Assembly (NCBI GenBank): GCA_965228855.1
Contig: CBDDIJ010000003.1
Coordinates: forward strand, 1,024,001-1,088,000
DNA: 64,000 bases
From: Candidatus Obscuribacterales bacterium
Lineage (GTDB): Bacteria > Cyanobacteriota > Vampirovibrionia > Obscuribacterales > Obscuribacteraceae
Direction of reading: 5' to 3'
In this document: positions 19,685 through 29,203 of the stretch, in pieces
Layout: each line of letters opens with the position of its first letter
Position numbering within the stretch: the stretch's first letter is position 1
Program-made: the position numbers and the translations under genes
Notes under the pieces: model-generated
Seen by the model: the letters and a program-made list of their open reading frames with translations, nothing else
What the model was told of the DNA's origin: nothing
Database searches by the model: none

Positions 19685-22582
19685 ATGTGGCGGTTTAGAA
19701 GGCTGGGAGTAGTTGGAATTTTGGCGTTCGGACTGGCATCAGCGGTTGGTGTTGCTCCGGCGCCAGGTACGGAACTGGATCGTACGCTTGCCCACGCCAG
19801 GCTTATCACAGGCGAGGACAGTCGCCATGCTGGCTTGAGTCCGTCGGAACCATCAACTACAGAGTCAAAATACGCGCCGAGTCGTATGGTTGATATACAA
19901 CATCTGGCGCTCGACATTACTCCGGACTTCGATAAACAAACCATTAAAGGAACTGCCGTCTTTTCCTTCAAACCCATTGGAAAACCTCTTAAGAAGTTCC
20001 GCCTGGATGCAGTTGATCTGTCGGTCCACGAACTCACATCCAGCGCCGAGGTCGCGGCATATGATGTGACCGACAAAGAGATCGTCATTTCATTTGTAGA
20101 CGATATTCCAGTTGGTACTGAAACCAAGCTGACGATCAAATACTCCGCTAAACCTCTATATGGTTTTTATTTCCGCACTCCTGCAAACGGTTATTCGTCT
20201 GAGGAATCGCATGCTTTTTCTCAAGGCGAAATGATTGAATCGCGTCACTGGTTCCCCTGTTTTGATCATCCTAACTCGAAGTTCACTTCTGAAATTACCT
20301 GTCATGTTCCGGAGGAGATGCTGGTTGCTTCCAACGGGAAAGAGGTATCTAGAAAGTCGGAGTCCAACGGTAATGTCGCCGTGCGCTGGTCGCAAGACAA
20401 GCCACATGTGAACTACTTGGTCACCCTGGTCACTGGAAAATTCTCAAAAATTGAAGATAAGTATCGAGATATTCCCCTCTCGTTTTACACGCTGAAATCA
20501 GATAACGCAGAGGCTCATGCCGCATTTGCTCCGACTAAAAGCGCAATGGAGTTTTTTGAAAAGGAAACTGGCGTAGACTATCCCTGGGCGCAATACGGTC
20601 AGGTTGTGATTCGCGATTACCATTATGGTGGCATGGAGAATACGACCATCTCCACGCTCGGAGAATCCGTTCTTTTCCCGCCTGAGAGTGAAAACGTCTA
20701 CTCATGGGGCGGTATGTTCAACTCCGATGGTGGTTACATGAGTGAAGCTCTGGTCACGCACGAATTGGCTCATCAATGGTTCGGAGATCTGGTGACGTGT
20801 AAAGATTGGAGCCATGCCTGGCTCAATGAGGGGTTCGCGACATACTACTCGATGCTTTTCGCCGCTCACACTCATGGCCACGACGACATGAAGTGGGCAT
20901 TGCTTCAAAACGCGGACATCGCTCTCAAGTGGAAAGACGATCGACCGATAGTATACCGTCGCTTCAAAGAGCCCGTCGAACAGTTTTCTCACAATCGTGC
21001 TTATTCGAAGGCATCATGGGTGGTGCATATGTTGCGCAGCGAGCTGGGTGATGAGCTTTTCAGGCGTTGTGTGAAAACATACTTCGACCGCTTTCAGTAT
21101 AAAACGGCAACTACCGAAGATCTAAATAGTGTCATTGAGGAGTTGTCCGGGCGATCCTTCGATCAGTTTTTCGACCAGTGGTTGTACAACGCAACCGTGC
21201 CAGAGGTCACCGCAAATTTTGAGTGGGACGAACAGGAAAAAATGGCAAAGGTCAGCATCAGTCAAACACAGAAGAGTGGAGAGCAACGACTGAAAATGCA
21301 GTTTCCTTTGACACTTGCCTTCAGGACAAAAAGCGGTGTTGTGGAACGCCGCGTTGAAATTAAGGATTTGGACGAGGATTTCTACGTGCCGCTGGCACAG
21401 GCACCGGATATAGTGCGCGTCGACCCAAATCTGACGTTGCTTGCCAAAATCAACTTTCGCGTTCCCACCCATATGCTCTACGCGCAGCTGGAAGAGAAAG
21501 ACGATGCAGTCGGCAGGATACTTGCAGCCGAGCAACTAGGCGAGAAACAAGATGAAACGTCGGTAGCCAAACTGAAGACCGCATTGAACAATGACCAGTT
21601 CTATGGAGTCAGGATAAAAGCTGCCGAGGCTCTTAGTAAAATCCATTCGGATGAAGCCCTGGATGCGCTTTACAGCTCCCTGAGTCAGAGCGATGCACGC
21701 GCGCGCCTGGCCGTGGTCAAAGCAATCGGTGCATTTTTCAACGAACGTGCCATGAGCGCACTCGTTCACCACATCGATGCTGAGAAGAATCCTGCGATAA
21801 TCGGCGCCGCACTCTCTGGATTAAGTGCTTATGCCAATCCACAGGTACACGACATTTTGGTTAACTATCTCGGGAGCAGTTCATACCAGAATCGGTTAAG
21901 CGTGGCTGCGATACGCGCAATCAAAAATCAGGGCGGCGTATCGTTCATACCGCCACTCAAGGAGATTATCAAACGGCGCTCTTCCGAGTTCCTCCCTTCC
22001 ACTCTTGCAGAAGGACTTGATGCACTTGCGGTTCTGGCAAGGGACGAAAAACAGAAGGAAGAAGACAGAATCTTTTTTACAAGCTTTCTTGATGACAAAC
22101 GCACTCGCGTTCAATGTGGAGCGATCCAGGCTCTTGGAACGCTCGGTGACCCCAAAGCTCTTCCAGTTTTGGAGCCGCTTTCATCGTCCTCCAAGATGAA
22201 TCCTCAGCAAGCCGATGCCGAGCGCGCCGTCGCAGTGATTCGCCAGTGGAATAGACCACACGACAATATCAACGATCTGCGCAATCAAGTTTTGGACCTG
22301 CAAAAGACGCAGAATCAGTTGAAAAAGGAACTTACGGACCTTCGCAAGAGGTTCAAAGTCAATGATGAGCGCAAGGCGAGCCGTGATACCGCAGACGGTG
22401 CAAAGGCTGAGCAAAGGGGAAAGCAGACCAAACTATCCGGGACGGAAGCAAAATCGGGTGGGAGCAGATCTCAAAGCCTGGAAGACAGATCGAAACCATT
22501 TCGATCGACGACTGGACCCTCTGTAACTCAGCCGAACGCACCCCGAACACAGGCGAAATTGAAGCCTACTTCAACGCACTAG
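19685..22582 (+). CDS. M1 family aminopeptidase with C-terminal HEAT repeats and predicted signal peptide
   Basis: WFPCFD, GGMEN, HELAHQWFGD...WLNEGFA; HEAT repeats; C-terminal coiled coil. Confidence 0.92.
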   Translation: MWRFRRLGVVGILAFGLASAVGVAPAPGTELDRTLAHARLITGEDSRHAGLSPSEPSTTESKYAPSRMVDIQHLALDITPDFDKQTIKGTAVFSFKPIGKPLKKFRLDAVDLSVHELTSSAEVAAYDVTDKEIVISFVDDIPVGTETKLTIKYSAKPLYGFYFRTPANGYSSEESHAFSQGEMIESRHWFPCFDHPNSKFTSEITCHVPEEMLVASNGKEVSRKSESNGNVAVRWSQDKPHVNYLVTLVTGKFSKIEDKYRDIPLSFYTLKSDNAEAHAAFAPTKSAMEFFEKETGVDYPWAQYGQVVIRDYHYGGMENTTISTLGESVLFPPESENVYSWGGMFNSDGGYMSEALVTHELAHQWFGDLVTCKDWSHAWLNEGFATYYSMLFAAHTHGHDDMKWALLQNADIALKWKDDRPIVYRRFKEPVEQFSHNRAYSKASWVVHMLRSELGDELFRRCVKTYFDRFQYKTATTEDLNSVIEELSGRSFDQFFDQWLYNATVPEVTANFEWDEQEKMAKVSISQTQKSGEQRLKMQFPLTLAFRTKSGVVERRVEIKDLDEDFYVPLAQAPDIVRVDPNLTLLAKINFRVPTHMLYAQLEEKDDAVGRILAAEQLGEKQDETSVAKLKTALNNDQFYGVRIKAAEALSKIHSDEALDALYSSLSQSDARARLAVVKAIGAFFNERAMSALVHHIDAEKNPAIIGAALSGLSAYANPQVHDILVNYLGSSSYQNRLSVAAIRAIKNQGGVSFIPPLKEIIKRRSSEFLPSTLAEGLDALAVLARDEKQKEEDRIFFTSFLDDKRTRVQCGAIQALGTLGDPKALPVLEPLSSSSKMNPQQADAERAVAVIRQWNRPHDNINDLRNQVLDLQKTQNQLKKELTDLRKRFKVNDERKASRDTADGAKAEQRGKQTKLSGTEAKSGGSRSQSLEDRSKPFRSTTGPSVTQPNAPRTQAKLKPTSTH

Positions 22583-22836
22583 TCAGAATATTCGAGAGAT
22601 AGTTTGCCGCAAAGATCAACACAGTGCATCCTAAAATCGCAAACAACAATGTGAAGCCGAGCACCCGTTTTAAATGTTCTTGCTTCTGATCTTCGAGATA
22701 ACTCACGCCGCTTCTCCAAAGGCCTACAAGACAATCTTATCAGGAGAAACTGACGACCAACATTCAGTCCTGGCCAAAACAAAAGCCGGACATTGCTGCC
22801 CGGCTTCGATGGTTGTGCGTTCTACAAGAGAGAAAC

Positions 22837-24051
22837 TTACTTGGTTTTCCGAACTCCGTCGATCACCAGCGAAAGTTCAATCTTATTGGCGGCGCCTCCC
22901 TGCGCCTGACTCTGCTCTTCGTAGCTCGCCAGTTGAACCTCTTCTACCTCATTTTTCTTCGCAGAAACCGAGACTTTTCGACCGAAGAAGGCCTGAGAGT
23001 TGTTGACCAGCTCGCGATACTTTTCTGGTGTCATTTCTGCTGCGCGAAACGGACTGGACGGTACGGGTGCCATGGCCACAGAAATCGGCGAATTGTCGCT
23101 TTCTATTGGATAGGCGTATACAAAGATTTTCTCGTTGGATGGCTTCGAAGTGGGGTTAGAGGCCGTAAAGTCAAATTTAAACCCCTCGCCGCCAACCTCG
23201 ATGGTCTGTCCCGCCTTTACGAGCGGACTTGCCTGATATTCATTGGGAAATAGCTGGGTAAGCTGTTCGCCGTCGTAGTTGAAGATCATCAAGTTGCAGT
23301 CTTTGTTCGCCGCGACATTTACCTGGAGTTTCTCTCCGTTGGAGTAATGAGGCTTATTTCCAGACTTGTTGAGCCAGGCTGTGACAATCTGATCGCCGGA
23401 AACGGAAGGCGCGACGATGATGCTTTTATGAGATTTGGTCGCGATAGTCTCGCTGTGCTTCGGTGTCACCTTGGCGGTTTCATTGTGTGTTTTCACTTTC
23501 AGTGGCTCGGGACTGGATTTGATCACAACAGGAGTTGTCGCGACCGGTGTCTTTGTGGTTTTCACCACCGCCTGCTTCTTCTCAGAGGTCGGTGACTTCG
23601 CGGCCTTGGTTTGAACACTCGTCTTGGAGGGCGGCTTGATCAACAGACTATGATCCGGCTGCTCCTTCGGTTTTTCCTTCTTCGTGTCTATTACGAGACC
23701 GCGCGTAAACGTCTGGTTGCCGGCGGTGCTGACCCTTTTAATCGTGCCAACCGGTTTGCCTTTGATTTCTGCAGTAGTTGCTTTCGCGGCAGGTTTGGCG
23801 GGCTTGCCGATCTCGGTGATGATAATGCCGCGATCCTGCCCGATCTTCTTTGTGTCCTCTGCTGAAGGCTCTTCTGGTTCCTTCGCCACCTCAGATGTCT
23901 GGGCTGGCTCGTCCTTCGCTACATCCTTAACGACGGTTGCCGCAGGAGTTGCTGCTGCGGTCTCAGTATCCGCTGCCAACGATGGAGTCGCTACACACGA
24001 TGCGATCAACAGCGTTGTTGAAAGCATAAGGTTTGCCCCTTTCGTGTTCAT
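22837..24051 (-). CDS. Exported protein with K/T/P/A-rich linker and C-terminal DUF4384-like domain
   Basis: Signal peptide (...PSLA-AD); YSNGEKLQVNVAANKDCNLMIFNYDG..LTQLFPN...VKAGQ pattern. Confidence 0.78.
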   Translation of the reverse strand: MNTKGANLMLSTTLLIASCVATPSLAADTETAAATPAATVVKDVAKDEPAQTSEVAKEPEEPSAEDTKKIGQDRGIIITEIGKPAKPAAKATTAEIKGKPVGTIKRVSTAGNQTFTRGLVIDTKKEKPKEQPDHSLLIKPPSKTSVQTKAAKSPTSEKKQAVVKTTKTPVATTPVVIKSSPEPLKVKTHNETAKVTPKHSETIATKSHKSIIVAPSVSGDQIVTAWLNKSGNKPHYSNGEKLQVNVAANKDCNLMIFNYDGEQLTQLFPNEYQASPLVKAGQTIEVGGEGFKFDFTASNPTSKPSNEKIFVYAYPIESDNSPISVAMAPVPSSPFRAAEMTPEKYRELVNNSQAFFGRKVSVSAKKNEVEEVQLASYEEQSQAQGGAANKIELSLVIDGVRKTK

Positions 24052-24160
24052 GGTAAATCGCCTCTTGCTGTGAATCATCTGACCTGAAACGCCCTATGTG
24101 AATAGATACGGGGCGCCTGAAAATTTTAGGGAGGGATACCGGATTTATTTTTTGCTCAAA

Positions 24161-25408
24161 CTAGCTTTCTGGAGCGGAAACTGGAGCCTTGATCTCCTGA
24201 TGGAGAATTTGAGCAGGGTTCTGTTCTTTTAGTTTAGCTATTCTTTCCAATAAAACCTTAGGTCCGAACGGCAAAACATAAGTATTTTCATCCGGCTTCT
24301 CATTGTCCTTGACCGGTGGGCTCTCAGTATTGAGCGCGACTATGTGAAAAACTCCACCCTCTTGAGGGTCTACTTGAATGGGGTTCTTGCCGTAACTGTC
24401 GATCACGATATGCTGACCGCTACGTGCGCCACCGTGCTCGGTGCGCATCAAAGGCGGCGGATACAGCTGCAGCGCCAGAGTATTATCAACATAATAGACG
24501 TATATAAAACAATTGACCTTTGGTGTGAGCGTCATTGAGAGTTCCTGGTGGAACTTGTATTTGTCGGTCGGATTGTCGAAAGCCACGTCAACCAGAAACT
24601 CGGGCTTCTGGGTAACGGCCCACTGGTCCTTATATTGATAGGCGAAGATGCCCAGGGTCAGGAAACCGCATGTGATAAACGCGATAATTGCTGGAACCAG
24701 AGAGCCCAGACCAGGCGTGTGAGTCTCAGCCGTTTCCGCTACGCCCAGAGCCATCAGCGCATCAACCGAAAGCGCCATTCGAATCGATGTCGTCGGAAGG
24801 TTCAATCCGGGTAGGGTTGCGGTGTCTCCGCAATGTATCGCTACGACGGATTCGCCGTCGAACAAAGCCGTGCCGGAGTCTCCGGGCGCAAGGGCCAGAT
24901 CGTGCAGAAGATGAAAACGGTCGTTCCGTTTAAGCGGACCCAGATAACTGCCTATCTGAGCAAGCGGAGATAGGGATGTCGTGTAGACACCCAGATGCGA
25001 CGGATAACGAATTGCCGACAAGGTCGCATGTGTATCGACTTCTTTGTCGTAAAGAACAGGCAGAGTGCGAGTGGTGGACTCCGGTTCAATCAGGTCGATG
25101 GTGAGCGCAGCCACATCGAACTTGACCAGGTCGCCTTCGTGTCTTTGAAAACTTGGATGAAGCTTAATGTCTTTTATTACATACCGGTTGCCCGAAGCCG
25201 GAAATTTTACGGTTAAGGCACCGGGAGAGCGCACGAATTGGTCAACCACGTGACCGCAGGTGATGAGCGTATTCGGGGCCGCAATCCATGCTTGACCCAA
25301 AACCTCGTCCTTGTCGCCCTTTGCCAGTACTATGTGCGCCAGCGCTCCGCCGAAGATGTCGGGGTCGCGCGGGAGGCGGCGAAGTTTATTATTAGTCTGT
25401 TGCGGCAC
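24161..25408 (-). CDS. Trypsin-like serine protease + transmembrane helix + DUF4384-like domain
   Basis: Triad ITCGHVV / FDVAAL / PGDSGTAL; one TM (IIAFITCGFLTLGIFAY); C-terminal YKFHQEL...NCFIYVYYVD...QLYP. Confidence 0.8.
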   Translation of the reverse strand: MPQQTNNKLRRLPRDPDIFGGALAHIVLAKGDKDEVLGQAWIAAPNTLITCGHVVDQFVRSPGALTVKFPASGNRYVIKDIKLHPSFQRHEGDLVKFDVAALTIDLIEPESTTRTLPVLYDKEVDTHATLSAIRYPSHLGVYTTSLSPLAQIGSYLGPLKRNDRFHLLHDLALAPGDSGTALFDGESVVAIHCGDTATLPGLNLPTTSIRMALSVDALMALGVAETAETHTPGLGSLVPAIIAFITCGFLTLGIFAYQYKDQWAVTQKPEFLVDVAFDNPTDKYKFHQELSMTLTPKVNCFIYVYYVDNTLALQLYPPPLMRTEHGGARSGQHIVIDSYGKNPIQVDPQEGGVFHIVALNTESPPVKDNEKPDENTYVLPFGPKVLLERIAKLKEQNPAQILHQEIKAPVSAPES

Positions 25409-25524
25409 TTGATTTCCTTTCTATGACTCAAATGCTTGATGATCATTTACCATGTTATCGCAGCCCTCGAGTGTCCAAAATTGCAGCCTATAAAAAGATA
25501 CGGTTTCTGCTAAATTCACAGAAG

Positions 25525-25986
25525 ATGGAAAAGGAAACCGAAAAAACAGTATCAGAGAAAAAAAAGCGGAAAGGAAACATCCTTTTCCTCATGGCTTCCT
25601 ATGTGTGGTTGCCTGTTTCGTTCATCTTGCCGTTCTTATTCACTCACCATATGGCATCTCAGAATTATGTTGCTGATATGCCCGGCCGCAGTAAGTTTAC
25701 ACAAAGTCCGGCTCAATGGCGAGTGGACGAGGCCCGTTCCGAAGCCCTTCGCTCGGGCGTTCTCGGTATGGTCGTCGCTCTCACAATCCTGTTTTTATGG
25801 CGACTGGACAAGGTTATCGTCAAGGACCGCCGTGAGTTGAACAATACCTGGATGGTTGTAGTGCTCGGGTGTTTTGCCGTACTCCTCTGGACTGTCTGGA
25901 CTTGTGCAGGACATCTGGTCCTGCGAGCCTCTGATGAGATCAACTCGGCGCCTGCGCAGCTTCCCGGGTTGGACAGCGGCAATTAA
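25525..25986 (+). CDS. Hypothetical membrane protein (about 3 TM helices)
   Basis: Three hydrophobic segments after a basic N-terminus; start uncertain. Confidence 0.65.
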   Translation: MEKETEKTVSEKKKRKGNILFLMASYVWLPVSFILPFLFTHHMASQNYVADMPGRSKFTQSPAQWRVDEARSEALRSGVLGMVVALTILFLWRLDKVIVKDRRELNNTWMVVVLGCFAVLLWTVWTCAGHLVLRASDEINSAPAQLPGLDSGN

Positions 25987-25995
25987 CATTTTTTT

Positions 25996-26015
25996 CTAAA
26001 CCGATATCGGTTTAG
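25996..26015. repeat. Perfect 20-bp palindrome CTAAACCGATATCGGTTTAG (dispersed repeat copy 1)
   Basis: Read directly; related copies at 41789-41814 and 44023-44042. Confidence 0.85.
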
Positions 26016-26129
26016 GATCTGATAGTTGATTGAAAGCGGAAGATGTTTGAGGGATGTGACTATTAGCCCTCAAATCATTAATGTTGGCACCGAAATCCGA
26101 TATTATTAGTGACCAATCCCAGCCTTTAG

Positions 26130-27596
26130 ATGTCAGTGCTTTCTAGTAAAACCAAGCTCGAGGAAATTCTCGCTGTTGCTCCTGAGTGGCAGACGACTCT
26201 GGATAGGCTGTCCGGCGAGGCTGTTGCAGCCGGCAAGGATAAAAATATTGCGCCTGTTGAGCTCTTTCAGGGCGTTGGCGCCAAGGCCATTTACTCGAAG
26301 CTCTTGACGCTGGGTCCTGGAACCGACAAATTCGTTGGTTTGGTCAAGGATTGCTACTATCAGCCGCTGTTCGCCAGAATGCTGGAGTGTAATCAAAATC
26401 TGCGTCGCTTCTGGTTTCAGCGCCGTGTGGCTCCCAGCGATCAAAAACACGAAGCTATTTCGATGTCGGTGGAACTGGCTCAGAAACTGGAACAAGCGTT
26501 GTTGAAACAGCTGAAGCTTGGGCAGGATGATGGCTTCAAAGTCTTGCTACCTGCTTACGCCCAACGTTCCGTTCACAACGCAGTTGTCGACCACGTCCGC
26601 AACGAGTGGCAGTGGGAGAAAGACACTCTGCAGGACGTCAATCTCGACCCCGAGCAGATCGATCCGCGCGCCAACGTTGCTGAGGACCCGAAATACTCTC
26701 CGGAGAATCAAGCCCTATCCGGAGAGCAAGTTGGACAGCTTAATCAGCTTCGTCAGAGACTTTCGACGATGTTGAACGACAGGCGATTTGCTCAAGAACC
26801 GCTTGTTGTGGTCGATTGTATGTTCGGAATGGGACTGACCGAGCATTCGAAAGTGGGAACCGAGATGACCATGCGCGAAACCTGCGATGTCCTTGAAATC
26901 AAAGGTGAGACGCAGGCGCGAAAAATCGCTCGCTGTCAGGTTCTTCTCGACAAGGGTCTTGATATGATCCGAGACATGATTCGCCTCGATATGCCTGGAG
27001 TTGCGCAATCCTGGCAGGCTGACATAAACGTTAATTCGGCATCGCGCCGTGAACTCAATCATCATCTTGGTCTGACCGAAGGCGAAGTCGATAGGCTCAT
27101 TGCCGGGCGGCAGTACTACAGCATGGACGAGATGGTCGACCGTCGCGTTCTTCAAGCTCACCGTCTGGGCGAAATCGCCGAAAAGGGTGCTGTGGCAGCG
27201 TTTGTGCCGGTGGACCTCAATGCGGCGACCAGGCGCGACCTCGTGGACATCCTCGGCTGCGACAAGGATGTGGCAAAGAAGCTGGTCGATCTGCGACCGT
27301 TTTGCAGTATGAACGATATCGTCGAGCAAAAGCTGCTCGATAAAAAGGACCTTGAGAAGCTTGTAAACAATGGCGCCGTGCTGAAAGCTGTTGCAAAGGA
27401 AGGCGACCGTTTAAACCTTAATAATGCGGACCAAACCCAACTGAGCGCCCTGGGCTTGACTCAGGACGTTACGGCGCGCTTCCTCAGAGCCCGTCCATTC
27501 CTGACCTGGCACGAGTTAGAGGATTTTCTCTGCATTGATCCGGAGACCTTCCGATCTATCCGGGAAAAATCTTGTTTAACAATTTCGCCGCACTAA
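26130..27596 (+). CDS. Sigma-70/ECF-like protein fused to three ComEA-like helix-hairpin-helix repeats
   Basis: Region-2-like FKVLLPAYAQRSVHNAVVDHVR; region-4-like MTMRETCDVLEI...RCQVLLDKGLDMIR; repeats INVNSASRREL, VDLNAATRRDL, LNLNNADQTQL each followed by R(P/Q)(F/Y)xS/T. Confidence 0.65.
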   Translation: MSVLSSKTKLEEILAVAPEWQTTLDRLSGEAVAAGKDKNIAPVELFQGVGAKAIYSKLLTLGPGTDKFVGLVKDCYYQPLFARMLECNQNLRRFWFQRRVAPSDQKHEAISMSVELAQKLEQALLKQLKLGQDDGFKVLLPAYAQRSVHNAVVDHVRNEWQWEKDTLQDVNLDPEQIDPRANVAEDPKYSPENQALSGEQVGQLNQLRQRLSTMLNDRRFAQEPLVVVDCMFGMGLTEHSKVGTEMTMRETCDVLEIKGETQARKIARCQVLLDKGLDMIRDMIRLDMPGVAQSWQADINVNSASRRELNHHLGLTEGEVDRLIAGRQYYSMDEMVDRRVLQAHRLGEIAEKGAVAAFVPVDLNAATRRDLVDILGCDKDVAKKLVDLRPFCSMNDIVEQKLLDKKDLEKLVNNGAVLKAVAKEGDRLNLNNADQTQLSALGLTQDVTARFLRARPFLTWHELEDFLCIDPETFRSIREKSCLTISPH

Positions 27597-27670
27597 TTTT
27601 CCAGACTATTCAGTAGACAGTCATTGTAAAACGACTGGAAAGCCCACCGGCATTAGAAAAGGTGAGAGTC

Positions 27671-28882
27671 ATGAGTAATCGAGTTGAATTTAGCCCTGAG
27701 ATAGTCAGACTGGCTCAGGCGCGAGCCCAGGAAAGTGGCTCGAATCTGGCTAATGAACTTGCCAGATTAGCCGTGGAAGAGGTCATCATGAATGCTGACC
27801 CGGAACTCGACCTGGTTATCGAGTCTGAAAACGCGTTGAGCTCCATCGACTCCGTTGTCGCCGCCGTCGGTGCTAACGATGTCGTGGTGAATGGTCGCCA
27901 TATAGATGTACGTGCCATCGATGAAGACGGTTATGTGGAAGTGTCTAAGGCTCTTGTTGGAACACCGGCACTATCATCGGGAACGCTTGTGGTTGCACTC
28001 GACGGTCGTACGGGCGCGAAGGTGGTAGCACATGTTAAAGCCGGAAGCTGGTTGAATGCCGAACAGGGCACCAGCGATACCGAGCCGGTGCGAGTCGATG
28101 TCGAGCAAGCCGATGATTTCGATGCGGTTGCCACCATCAGTGGTATCTGTCAGCGTGTGCATATTCCGCTCGATAAAACTAAGCTCCCGGAAACAAGCGA
28201 CCTCGAGAAATTTCTCAATCACCCGAGTTCGATGATTTTGGCGCGTCAAAAGCAGATGGTCACGGCGCTTTGTGCGAAGAGTGAGCTGAGAGAGATAGCT
28301 CGCGAAATCAAAGTCGACCTTTCCCGCGGTGTCGTAAACAGGATGCTGCGTGCCGAATCTACCTGGAATCGCCGCACGGAAGAAGTGGTCGACAAATTAG
28401 CTCCTAAATTCAAATCGTTGACTCGCGAAGAATTGAAAAAGCATGTCACCATGACAGGTGAAGAATTGGGAGGTCAGCCTGAAGCACCGGCATTTAGAAA
28501 AGCACTTCTGAAGCGCGTCTCGGCCGACGAGCTCTCGGTTCGCCTTGGCGGCACAGCAGCCAGTAAGGTACGAAGCTTGTACGAACAGATCATCAGCGGT
28601 AAATCTGCAAGCGAGGCAGTTAAGTCGATTATTAAAAACAACGTTGCTGTTGACCTGGCTTCGGCAATCAAAGCCAAGCGTGGCAAAGTCGAAGGCTTCT
28701 TCGCCGCAACGGCGGAGGAAATTGGAGCGGCATTCCAACAACTCGCGTTGCAACCGGCTTATGCGACTCACAGCAGTAAAGATGAAGGCATCGATTCAAT
28801 CAACGAAGCACTCGTCTTACTCGAAGCCGGTGATGTCGCTGAAAGCGTCAGAGCCATGGAAAATGAGCTGATTGAGAGCTGA
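27671..28882 (+). CDS. Hypothetical protein with DUF1822-like N-terminal domain (candidate sigma partner)
   Basis: LARLAVEEV...ANDVVVNGRHIDVRAI...GTLVVALD...AKVVAH resembles cyanobacterial DUF1822; helical C-terminus. Confidence 0.55.
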   Translation: MSNRVEFSPEIVRLAQARAQESGSNLANELARLAVEEVIMNADPELDLVIESENALSSIDSVVAAVGANDVVVNGRHIDVRAIDEDGYVEVSKALVGTPALSSGTLVVALDGRTGAKVVAHVKAGSWLNAEQGTSDTEPVRVDVEQADDFDAVATISGICQRVHIPLDKTKLPETSDLEKFLNHPSSMILARQKQMVTALCAKSELREIAREIKVDLSRGVVNRMLRAESTWNRRTEEVVDKLAPKFKSLTREELKKHVTMTGEELGGQPEAPAFRKALLKRVSADELSVRLGGTAASKVRSLYEQIISGKSASEAVKSIIKNNVAVDLASAIKAKRGKVEGFFAATAEEIGAAFQQLALQPAYATHSSKDEGIDSINEALVLLEAGDVAESVRAMENELIES

Positions 28883-28909
28883 TAATCAGGCTCGTCCGAG
28901 AAGGTATTG

Positions 28910-28937
28910 GGCGTAGTACCGCATGTGGTGCTACGCC
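28910..28937 (+). terminator. Hairpin / probable terminator closing the sigma-like two-gene unit
   Basis: GGCGTAGTACC...GGTGCTACGCC stem followed by TGATTTCT. Confidence 0.55.
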
Positions 28938-29203
28938 TGATTTCTGATGCGGTCTCTTATGTTTGACTCCGGAAATCTTTTAAGGTGGAGACGTGAGCGA
29001 AATCTGTTTCAAGCGATATCTGTGCACGGCTTTGCCAAGTGGGTTATCCTTAACTGTGCGGGGCTGACGCGGTGCGTTGCCATTAAGTGGCAATCGGAGC
29101 AAATTCCTGCTTCAATAGCCTTAACCGCTTGCTGGGAGAAACATCGCGCTCTCTTGCCGGTTGCGAAGAGTGAATCGCTGAGTTTGGAGAAGAAAGGAAT
29201 CAT

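Noticed and set aside
22674..23253. Plus-strand ORFs of 110 and 146 aa
   Set aside because: Antisense to the DUF4384-like gene; no coding features.
26715..27329. 204-aa minus-strand ORF
   Set aside because: Antisense shadow of the sigma-HhH gene.
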